This document shows, in pieces, positions 1 through 10,488 of a stretch of DNA of 64,000 nt (within the stretch, counting starts at the first letter, position 1; each line of letters opens with the position of its first letter). Location: contig UYFQ01000202.1 of NCBI GenBank assembly GCA_900617105.1, forward strand, positions 1 to 64,000, given 5' to 3'. The position numbers and the translations under genes are program-made. This stretch comes from Hydrurus foetidus. Taxonomy: Eukaryota. The notes under the pieces are model-generated. The model saw nothing but the letters and a program-made list of their open reading frames with translations. It did no database searches and had not been told where the DNA came from.

Positions 1-2105
1 TTCTTGTCCGTAGGTTTTCCACGTGGAGACCCTATCTTGGATCGGTGCTCGAATGATACCTTCTTGTGCTGCAGTGGTTGATACTTTGTCTTAGACTTGT
101 CGTAGGTCTTCTCCTGTGGCTTGCGCTCAGATGGTTTACCTCCTGGAACCTTGGATGTCTTGTGTGAGTACTTACACCGCTCACGGAACGCATAGGAGCC
201 TTTGAGGAAATTGCGACATACATTTTCCTCAGTGATTGCATTCATCTTGAATGCTTGGAGGGTCGGCTCGAATGAGCTGATCGACTAGCTCGCGATATCC
301 TTTACTATTTTCTCGAGAGGTATACAGGATCGCTTCCATACCCTCCTGCTTGTTACCTTTGAGTTTCCTGGTCAGTAGGTATAGCTTCTCTGACTCCATC
401 ATACACGTGAGGATAACGTTGTTCACGCGCGTGACAGCTTCCTCGAACGCCGCGATGTTTTCTTTGATCGACTTGCTTGAAGGTAGCTTGAGATCGTCGA
501 GTAGCTCCCTTGATAGTCTCATTACTCCTCTCGCCTTGAGCAAAGCCTTTGATTGCTGTGTACCACTCGATTCCGTTCTTGACGGCGATGTGTTGCGTGA
601 TGAGATAGTGTAGGTCCTTATTTGTGACAAGATTCATCAGAGCGAATGGTCTTTCACAATCATGGTTGAATCTAAAATAATCGTCTTTCTTTGTGATGAT
701 TATTTTGTTGCCGTCGATCTTGGCAGATTCATGAGTATAACCATTCGGATTATATTTATTGAATGAAACGGGGATTCTCTTTTCCTCAGCGAGAGTAAAG
801 AGTTCGTACTCGTTCAGGAGAAGCTCGAGCTCTTTGAGCTTCTTCCTATTAGTAGCCCCGTCGTTTGACGAGTTGATCTTGACTGTCATTTATGATTGAC
901 GCGTCGTAGTGATCGTATACTCCTTGACGATGACCCTCCTACTTTCGATAAGGCTATTGTCGTGAGACTTCCTTAATTTTCAATTACGATTATTGATTGG
1001 AGGTCGCTGACATCATCTCCTGCGCCTAGGATGATTTGACTCCCCGTATTATATTGCGCCGTTTCGACCAGTGTCTTACTTATCACACTTTCTGATGAGA
1101 TCGTGTATTCGGTCATTACTGACCGAATGATTTCTCTGATATCTTCGTTAGAATACATCCCAGAAGATTGCCCAGTGGCCAGAGATGTGGCATGCTCTGG
1201 AGAATGGTGGGTGGTCAGATCCGCTGAATCGCTCCTCTTCCCATTATCCTGAATAGCTCCAGGAATTATTGGCAGATCTTTCTGAATAAGATCCAGTGAA
1301 GCAGGCGCTTTGAGAGTATCCTCAACTGGTATGCCTAACTCAGTTTGTTGGACGATGGGCGCCAGTGGAATAATGTCCTGCTCGTTATCGGCGAGGAAAG
1401 CCGGTTTCTATAGTGCTGAAGCTGACAAGATAAATCTCGTTTGGCCTCTTGACCGAGTAGCCATTCGAGCAGCGGCGGGTTGTTTTGCCGCTGGTCTTGG
1501 CACACTAGAACTTCTGCTCCAAGTGGCTGGCATTGCTTTGCTTATCTGATGACTCAATTTTGGTTGGTAAAAATGATCAGTTTTTCGTCAAAAACTCTCA
1601 GACTTGATTTGTGATTTCTCAACAATTAATCGCTACGATGTGGATCTGGCTAGAGGATATCACCTGATGACGTATAGTCCAACTGGTGTGGAGGCTACTG
1701 CAGTAGAACTCCAAGACTTGACTAGAACGCTGTGTCGGTTAAGCTATATCGATTAAGCTATATCGATTAAGATCTGCCTAGGTTTACAAGATACAGAAGA
1801 TCTGCAGTTGGCAATCTGCATATGTAACTAACATGTGATTGGCTACCTGGCAAACGAGGTGGCGAGCAAGGTAGAGGTGAAATCATGTGTAGTATTGCAA
1901 GAAAGATCATAGCAGTTGTTGGCACTGAAAGGATGCTTTCGAATATGGGATGTATCGCCAACGACCATATCTGGTATGTACGGTGTATGTTCTACGGTGT
2001 ACGTACGGTTATGCATATCTGTATACAGTACTACCTAGCGTGTATATATACTACTATATCTGCTACTATGCAACAGACGTAATTACGTTAGTGGTTAGTC
2101 TGACA
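1..2105 (-). mobile_element. 5' part of a degenerate Ty1/Copia-like LTR retrotransposon (5' LTR 2105-1639, PBS-like 1638-1627, frameshifted gag running off the window start)
   Basis: Minus-strand LTR begins TGTCAGACTA, the same first 10 nt as the LTR at 15555. It ends ...CCACA followed by TCGTAGCGATTA (cf. TGGTAGTGATTG at 16397). ORFs 353-889 and 229-630 (LVTNKDLHYLI..GIEWY..., LKLPSSKSIKENIAAFEEA) align by eye to gag at 17230-17643 (MVTGKDLQYLI..AILWF..., LKLKSTQTIQGNVAIIEEA). Confidence 0.75.
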
Positions 2106-2285
2106 GGTACTCTACTCATTTTAGAAATCACGAACACTTTCTTTTATTGATTGAAGCAAGTAATCATCATAAACTCTTCATCAATTTCGATCAACTCAAA
2201 TATACCAAAAACATTCTGGAAAGCTATGGCCATAACAGAATGGGAAAATGCAATAGATACTGAATAAAAGAAATTCGAGAACAAG
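2106..2285 (+). mobile_element. Fragment of Copia pol (region at the start of RT), same family as the element at 15555-23492
   Basis: Clear nucleotide similarity to 21162-21340 (ggtactct..tagaaatcacgaaca..attgattgaagcaa..tcatcaatttcgatcaactcaa..tataccaaaaa..ggaaagctatggccat..aaaatgcaata.atactgaa). Confidence 0.8.
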
Positions 2286-2289
2286 GTGT

Positions 2290-5200
2290 TTCCCCCTCGC
2301 CGGGGCCCAAATTCTGAGAAGAATTAGAGGCGATGGATAGAGAAGCTGCGGCGTCAGCTGCAGCAGCAGCAGCATGCAAATCTGAAAGCGAGGGAGGATT
2401 TGCCGAGTCGGAATCTTCTGTTGTATTCTGCTCAGATGACTGTCCGATAAGATTTCGGCGCTCTCCGATGATAGCGCCTCCTGAGGACGAAGGAGTCCAG
2501 ATGGCGTTCTGGCCATCACCCTAGTGTGCTTCCTCAGCTTGCTGGAAACCATGCTGGTGATTAATGCCAGACGGTCGTCGAAGGTCAGTCGGTAGCTATG
2601 TATCTATCTAGCTCTCCAGTAACGAGAGTTCGTCTAACAACTCTCAATATTAATATTGTAGTCGCGGCCGAATTCGAGTACGGAGAATCCAGGTAAAGAC
2701 GGTAAGTGGGTAAACTGTTCATTTAGTTACAGTTTGTGAAAGAAGCGATCAAGCAGCTAACAACGGACACAAACGATTGACTACAAGGGTGCTATGCTGA
2801 TGAGCATCCGTTACAGGTGGACAGGTGATGTGGATGGAACTAGACTATGGGAACGTGATTTATCTACTAAGTGTATGAGATGTACGGTGAACGTACGAGC
2901 TAGGCTACACTTTTTTGGAGCTAGGTACTATTTTGGACTTCCAAGAGCGAGAGCCCTCTTCCAAACTCTCTTTTTCGATACTATAAATTTTCATTCTCAA
3001 TCTTCTGACACTTTTTTTTAGCTTAGTTTACATTCCGTTAATTTAATAGAAGCGGGACCAGGGCCGTTTTCGGAAGGAAGAAGTAGGGGTAATATGCGGT
3101 ACGGGATTTAGTATCCCATTCCTAGCTTTTAGTACCGTGTAGCAGGTCGTACATGTGGATGAGATTCTTTTCAGACATCTTACAGCCATCTAGCTTACCT
3201 TGGAACCGTTGCATGCAGAAGATAATCCTTCTGTAAGCATCCTCTCCCCACCTTTCGCTGTGAGCTAAACTACCTTTCTGCCACCTTCCCCGACTCATTT
3301 GGACTACAAGCCCATAGCCAGAGAGGATCTTGTACTAGAGTCTTCTGCAAGACGCAACATCATTGATTTGGAAATGTCCAACTTTTACACGATAGACGAA
3401 GAACCCCTGGTACGCAAATGTAATTGCATAAAAGCAATTAATTTTTGCGACCACGCAACATGTACTCTCGAACAAGTTATAAGCTTTTACGCTATGCTTT
3501 TACGTTGTGCAAAAAAACTCTTCTGTACAAAATTTAGTGGAGAGATATACATCAACCTCATTTGTTATAGGCTTCTGTGGCGGGTACAGGAAACTTGTTG
3601 CAGAAATCTGGAGGAGGGAAAGACGCAAATGACTTTTGGAGGCTCCTCACTCCTTGTCGGTGTGGTAGAGCAATTGAGTGTTTATCCGAATGTCCTTAGA
3701 ATGACAGCAAGTTCATTACACACGAGAGATAGTCATGTAAAGGAGAAATCGGTGAATGAGTTGATCCATCTGGAAGCGAGAGAGTGTTCGCCGTGGGAAT
3801 TTTTCCCGATGTAATATGACGAGAAATTGGCGATGATGTAGTCTGAGAATAAGCTAAAGATTTCTTTCAAATTAGGCTCAGTGGCAATGGCGACTTCCGT
3901 ATGAAATTTTTCCGTTGTTGAACGGTGTAGGAAGTGAGGAATAATCAGTCCTATTGAAATCACCCGCTGTAACAGGTATAGTCGACATCATTTTGACGAT
4001 AGCGCTATCCGAGGACGGCGTCAAGAATGAACCAGTGGAGGACATTGGCGCATAGGCAACTCTCAATTTCGGTTGCGGGGTATTCGGCATAATCATCATA
4101 AGATCATTTGAGATCTGTGGACTTTAACGCGGCTAAATTACTCTCCGTCGAACAAATCTCTGTACTAATATTATAATCGAGGCCAAGTTAGGTGAAAAGT
4201 GCGAAGGCGGGTAAAGTGTGACGTCTCATGAATTCATACTGCGACATCAAAGATAAGCAAGAAGTTCATATGCAGACACAAACAAACTACAAGCAAGAAT
4301 CTATTCTGATGCTGTGAACAGTGCTAAGCTACAATGTCTCAAGTTGATGTTGTCCCAAGTCACTTCTATGGGTGTCTCATAAATTAGGTCATGGGAGAAG
4401 AAATAGAAATTTGTAGAATGAGTTGACCCAATATGAACATTTCATTTAGGTACTGTCTCCCAATATGAGAAGCCAGTAAGAAAAAGCTTAAACTTTCTTA
4501 TTATTGATCTGATCATCATCCAAGACCAGTGAAGGCTGGTAGTTTCAACCTACTAATATTGCTCGCTAGAGATTCTGTGCCCGAGATAGCTGGATAGGAT
4601 CGAGGGAATCACGTAGATGCTCTTGGGGACTAGTGAATGATCTGCTTGCACGATTTTGCCTTTGTCGTATTTGTTGTTGGAGGAAGAAAAGATGAGTAAG
4701 AAGATGTCAGCCGTCACATTACACCCAGAATAAATGTCTCAATATGCTACTACTTTGCTTTGAAGCATCGGAGGATTTGAAAGTCTTACGGGTGTTGCTG
4801 GAGAAAGCAAACTTTGTGAAATGACGCTTGTCTAACGAAGGATTCCTGCGACCACAACCCTTGCATTCAAAAGTTGAAAATTTGCCACTGCTGAGAATCG
4901 ACGGAAGGGGGATATCACCATGTCCTTTTTCTAGAATTGGATACTTATGATAGAGGAGATGTTGCTTCCTTATGTCTACCTATGTAACACATGAGGGTCT
5001 GTCAATAGCGCCAGCCTCTATCATTGATTGCTTGATTATTTTGAGGAGAGGCGATATAGAATTTATCGCAAGACTTGACCGCCCTTTCAGCAGGAAATTG
5101 AAAGGCCCATTAGATAGGCCTCGTAAGGGGTACGATATTTGGGTTTAAGACAAATCATTGCCAGATTTCTACTCAATATACTCAAGAGCGAGATTGAACG

Positions 5201-5670
5201 AAGATTAAATTCGGTAATATCTTCCAGGAAGCTTTGAGCACCTTAGGTGTAAAGAAGCCTTCTCTTATATATCGTTGAGGTCTTAGTACTCCGCAAAGAT
5301 CGCAATTTACACACCTCTCGTTCCGAGCCAGCAAGTGCGACGAAATTTCATTCGAGAGGATCTTCTGGACTAGACGGCACCGCTTCATTTGGCCTGCACT
5401 AATGTAATGGCGACTTCAGACTTACCAAGATGATCCGCAGTATGTTGGCCCTGCTTTGTTGATTGCCTTGTCCAAAGCACCGTCGATGTAGTGAATGTAG
5501 AGCTTGTCACTTTATTTTCGTCATCCTAGATCATAGCCTCGCTTTGGGACTTTCAATACCTTAAGCACTTATTCATCAAGAAAAATGCTGCACTTCAAGA
5601 TACTGCCGGCTTTAGTGCCCAGAGATTACTTGACGGTGAACAAAGTTTACAGCACTTCGACGAATGAAAG
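2290..5670 (-). mobile_element. Heavily decayed coding-like element, possibly a DIRS/tyrosine-recombinase retroelement relic
   Basis: Stop-riddled minus-strand frames contain YLGHRIS (RT-like, ~4580), LALFTAS (resembles RNase H FTDAS, ~4320) and, further downstream, MSRGRWQKGS (resembles the YR GRW-x-S motif, ~3280). The motifs are weak. Confidence 0.25.
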
Positions 5671-5676
5671 AAAAGG

Positions 5677-5838
5677 TATTGTGCCGGTCAAAACTAAACG
5701 AGAGAATTTATTTTGCGGAGAGATTTTTTAGTGTTTTTGATAGGTCAAAATAACTGTTACTTTGATTCTGCGGTCAAAAACACGAATATGCCGCAAAATA
5801 AGTTTTTGCGGCACCGTTTAGTTTTGACCGGCTCAATA
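5677..5838 (+). mobile_element. MITE, ~160 bp, TA-bounded (Tc1/mariner, Stowaway-like), family A copy 1
   Basis: Terminal inverted repeat TATTGTGCCGGTCAAAACTAAACG ... CGTTTAGTTTTGACCGGCTCAATA. A second homologous copy lies in inverted orientation at 43937-44100. Confidence 0.85.
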
Positions 5839-6702
5839 CTTGTCCGAACGAAGGTGCACGATATACTTGAAGCCGACGGCGTCAGATTCTATCCGAACCC
5901 CAGTGTCACAGTGCGAGTGATTCGTTGTCAAAATTCTGACTGCTTAAATTTACACTCGTTAAAGAGTTCCGAACATCGGCAATAGTACAAGTGTCGCAGT
6001 ATCGTTGGATTTACCGCGATATCATGTTTGCAATATGAGAGATGCGATCACACCATGGGTCTGTAAAGGTACAGTACGATACTAGGTGATTCTGACAATG
6101 TGCCATTTTTTCATAATAAATTAGGATAGCCTTGAAAGGGGACACTTTCAAGAAATCCTATCAGCCGATTAGCGCTCGATAAAAAGAAGACGAGAAGATT
6201 ATCTTGAGATCGGCTATTGCTGTTGCAACTGTTACGGTACGTTCTGGCTAGTTACGGCTGCCGGCTCATTACGTGGCGTGCGCATGCTACTGGGAGGCAG
6301 ATTTATCTGATGTCGGGATTCAATGCAGCTCAGCACATCTAATGTGCTATTCGTATATCCGAGATTGCAGACGAGGAGTGGTTCCTTTTAACACACTCGA
6401 CCGGTCTCAGTCAGCTTTGTAGGAGCAATGTATTAGTAACGGACGATGAACACTGCTCGACTGATACTGTGTTGATCACGATATCAATCAGCGACTTCTA
6501 ATTTTGATCGCACCATCACTTAAATGATGTTCAAGGTCACTTCCTGTCTCGTCGAAATCACTCATCATTCCCTTTCCCTTGTAGTGGCGAGAAGGGGTCA
6601 GAAGGATACGCTACATGACACGTCCTAAGTAACATTAGAGAAGATCACAAAAGTCCTCTGCATCTCAAATAACAGATTAACGCCAGCCATTTGATTCAAC
6701 TT

Positions 6703-7677
6703 TTATGAATCCACTCTCTCCCTCTCCTCATAATTGACGATTTCTGTTCTGCGAGCAACAAGAACGTACTCGACATTGCCGTCTTGGCCTGTAATGGGAG
6801 ACGCCACAGTACCGAGCAAATTCCAATCAGGATACGATGTGACAAACCAATCAACCATCCTTTTGACAACAAAATCTCGGACAGTAACATCACGAACAAT
6901 TCCGCCGTCTCCTATTTCATTGCGTCTGCATTCGAACTGAGGTTTTATCAGAGCGCACAGCAGAGCGTTCGGAGCACACATCGCGAGGGAAGGAGGGAGA
7001 ACCATCGTCAATGAAATAAAGGATACATCGCATACGATAACTCCTATCTCTCCCGCATGTGGGATAACACTGCTGTTCAAGTACCGTGCATTCTGTTTCT
7101 CTACAACCACAACTTTCTCATGATTTCTTATTTTCCAATCCAATAAACTGACGCCAACATCGACGGCATATACCAAGGAGCAGTTGTTCTGAATTAGGAC
7201 GTCAGAGAAACCACCGGTAGAGCAGCCGATGTCGATGCATACTGCTTCTTCAACGTCGCTTCTCAATTTAAACGTGTCAATCGCATGAGCGAGCTTTCTA
7301 CCCGCTCTCGAGACATACGGCTCATTCTTTCTCATTTTCAGCCGAATCTCGCCATCAAATCTTATTTTAGCTGCGGCTGATGTTACGACCTCCCCATTCT
7401 GCAGGAGGACACACCCGGACATGACTAAAGCCTTTGCTTGATTGATGTCTCGAGCCATCGAACGCGACACCAGTATTTCATCAATGCGCAGTTTTTTAGA
7501 CGAGCGTATCGGCGGATTCACTTCAGGCCCAGACTCAGCAAACAAAATCATCTGTGGTCGGTGACTGATAAATTTTTGGCTGAAGCTGGGAGACAGACAT
7601 TTCACATGACGTAGTGCTGCCGCAAAAAGTGACACCCAGAGCAAGACATTTACCATGATGAGAAAAATTTTCAGCAT
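6703..7677 (-). CDS. tlyA: TlyA-family rRNA 2'-O-methyltransferase (S4 + FtsJ domains) with an N-terminal signal/transit-like extension; intronless
   Basis: S4 domain (LRIDEILVSR..AKALVMSG), YVSRAGRKL, SAM-binding DIGCSTGGFSD, VYAVDVG, DVSFISL, LIKPQFE, SPITGQDGNVEY; the K-D-K-E tetrad is present. Likely ATG at 7677 (MLKIFLIMVNVLLWVSLFAAA); the provided ORF begins at a non-ATG codon. Confidence 0.92.
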   Translation of the reverse strand: MLKIFLIMVNVLLWVSLFAAALRHVKCLSPSFSQKFISHRPQMILFAESGPEVNPPIRSSKKLRIDEILVSRSMARDINQAKALVMSGCVLLQNGEVVTSAAAKIRFDGEIRLKMRKNEPYVSRAGRKLAHAIDTFKLRSDVEEAVCIDIGCSTGGFSDVLIQNNCSLVYAVDVGVSLLDWKIRNHEKVVVVEKQNARYLNSSVIPHAGEIGVIVCDVSFISLTMVLPPSLAMCAPNALLCALIKPQFECRRNEIGDGGIVRDVTVRDFVVKRMVDWFVTSYPDWNLLGTVASPITGQDGNVEYVLVARRTEIVNYEERERVDS

Positions 7678-8611
7678 GATCGTACGGTTCTTCTGCATTT
7701 GGGTCTGATGTAGCTCAGGCTTGCTGGCGAATGGCAATCACAGAGACTGATTGTTTCTATCTATCCTTGCAAATCTACCAGCGGTGATAGCTGAGAGCTG
7801 GTATCCTAGCTGATAGCGGCATCTCCTATCAGAGTAAGCCCATCTTTCATAAAAAGTGAGAGTGTCGTACTGAATCCTGGTAAATGAGTACCGAAATCAT
7901 GTGTAACGAACATCTCCACAACTTTTTTCGAGCATAATATTACGAGGCACTATTTTTTTTCATATTGAATTCCAGTCAAAACAAAATCTACATCCCACCA
8001 ATTGCTGTTTGATCATTACTGATAACATCAACTCCCCAAGAAACGAATCGGAGACAGGGCATGCCAATTAATTAGTGGAATACAACAATTTATAGAGGTA
8101 AAAGATTTAATCATAGTGGAGAACAAGAATTGACCAAATCAGGGCAAGGGTCTGGGTCTGGGTCAGGGTTAGGGTTCTGAACCAAAATCATCAGAATTTG
8201 CTCCGTTTTCATCCCACTTTCTATATCGATAGCACCAATAAAAAATGAATATTAAGTCGCTTCCAATAGATCGAGTCAAGTTCTTAATCCTTGACAACTC
8301 AATATCTTGATCACACAGGAAAAAATTCTCAAAGAATATTGTCTCAAAAATTTTCTTCTCAAAAAAAGTTGCGGAGGAGTTCGATGGCCTTGATTTCAGT
8401 AACCTTGATTTCTTCTAGGATTCAGAACGATGCTCGCAATTTCTTCATCGATCTCGAATATGGAGATGTGGAGCGGACAATATCATGTATGATCATCGCC
8501 GCCCGCTAAAAGCGATATTTGCCAGAGTATTCGAGGTACATTCGACTTCAATGTAGCACACTTGAAACGTCACCTCTCACTCAAATTCACGTAATATTCA
8601 GAATCGATATT

Positions 8612-8840
8612 TGGACCTATTCCAACTCGCAAGAAAAACAAGTTGCCAAAAATGGGGGTCTAATATTTTAGCTTCCAACTCTTTTTTTTACGTTTTTTAC
8701 GTATTTCACTCTCAAATTTAAAATTCGTAGAAATAAGAATTGTGAAAAAGAGTTCGTAAAAATCGACGTAAACATTTTAGAGGGGTTTTTGCTTTTTTTT
8801 ACGACCCAACTCTTGTTTCTTGCGAGTTGGAATAGGTCCA
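8612..8840. mobile_element. MITE, 229 bp, family B (3-bp TSD, Tourist/PIF-Harbinger-like)
   Basis: TIR TGGACCTATTCCAACTCGCAAGAAA ... TTTCTTGCGAGTTGGAATAGGTCCA (25 bp, perfect). ATT flanks both sides (8609-8611, 8841-8843) and the interior is AT-rich. Confidence 0.8.
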
Positions 8841-10488
8841 ATTGCAGAGTAGCATATCCACGTCATTTGAAACTGATACACAGATGATTGCCGCGAACCA
8901 ACAGAAAAAAAACATGTTAGTGTTTGAATTCACAAAACTTTGGGTAACTTTTTTGAGATATTCCACTTCTCCAGATCTCCTTGCACTTTCTTCTTTTTTC
9001 GCAGCTTAAAGTCCGTAGCAATAAAGTCATTATATGAAATAAACGAATTATCATCATAAATATATTTGAAGTAGAGACTTCGTACCAGAAAGAAAGTTCT
9101 CAGCTATATCTATTTCCGAGATGTTGTGCACATAGTACACTTCTCTGCTCATCCTTAAACTGAACTGCTTCGTATGAGTATATACGTAAGCTGCCGTCAG
9201 TCTACCCAGGTGCTGACTCGACCTACCACGAGTTATCTTCACATTGAGCCTTCCGTTATCCCTAGTGTTTATACACTCAGTGGAGATGAAGTTCAATTCA
9301 TTTGAAAATCATTCTTATCATAGTTTCACTCTTATGAGTCTGCAAATTCAAAAAGACACTCGACAAGTACCAACCGAATATTACCAAACTCGTCAGGTTT
9401 GGAATTTTATGCTTGATTCACTAATTAGCACTGTCGTTATCCAACTAGTGGTCATCAGGCTGCTTCATTGATAGTTCTGTAAGGGGGGCTAATGAAACAG
9501 TTGTTATTGAATACAGTCAAGGTCGACCGTTAATGGAGGCAATCAAATAAGCAAAAGTATGAGTGCAGTAGTTTGTTACATGCAAAGCAAGGATATTCTC
9601 GTTTTTCATGCATCGGATAGGTTCCGTCACGTCATAACCATACAGCAATACATAATTGATGGTAAGTATCTATGACATACCTCATAGAATCCTGAAAATG
9701 GGGATGTATAATCAATGCCACAAAACACATTGCCAACTCGTGATAACTACTGTTGTAATTGAAGAAGTCAATATACTGTTATTATTTGAGTACAATGAGA
9801 TATCACAGCTTCATCCTAGTTACTTCGATGCGGAGATATGACGATCAGGACAGTATTATCGACAAATATGTATTCAGGAAATAGTAAGCACGTCTTCTTG
9901 GTCATCGATGACTTACTCTTAATTATGTGCACGCAATAGAAATGATGAAGCTCATTCGAAATCAATTTTCCCGCAAAAGAATCCCTTTTGAACAAAGTTG
10001 AAGAGTTGCTGTAGGCCACGACTATGACAGGTGTGAACTCTGAATTCTCATTGAGAATGGAGCTTAGATTTTGAGTCCTCCCCTAAGCGAGTAATTATGA
10101 TACCATGTACTGGATTCCTGAATATAGTCAGTACTTTGATTTTTTGCATTCTTGTTTGGAACAAATTCTTTTTATTAATTTTTAAGAAAGTATGGACTAC
10201 CAGAAATTTGAAAGTGGTGTGCTTTGCTATTTCGGTCTCTTTTTTATGAAAAGTGCTATAATAAATTTGCTGTTATGTAAATTTTTCAACAAGAATATCA
10301 ATTGCCAAGATAAGGAAAGCGGAAACCAGAAATTCCGGTAAAAATTGACTGCCGTGAAAATCATGCCAACTGATTTGAACATCGTTGATACCAACTTCTT
10401 TACCTCGAGGCGAATTCTAGACGAGTGAATTTCCCTGCATCTTATTTCTGAATCAGACATGCAAAAGTGCTGAATCAATTAAGGCATC

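Noticed and set aside
1739..1771. 14-bp tandem duplication TTAAGCTATATCGA
   Set aside because: Small slippage event inside an LTR; no independent significance.
8140..8177. Telomere-like CAGGGT/TAGGGT hexamers
   Set aside because: Only about six degenerate units with a single TTAGGG; too short to call an interstitial telomere.
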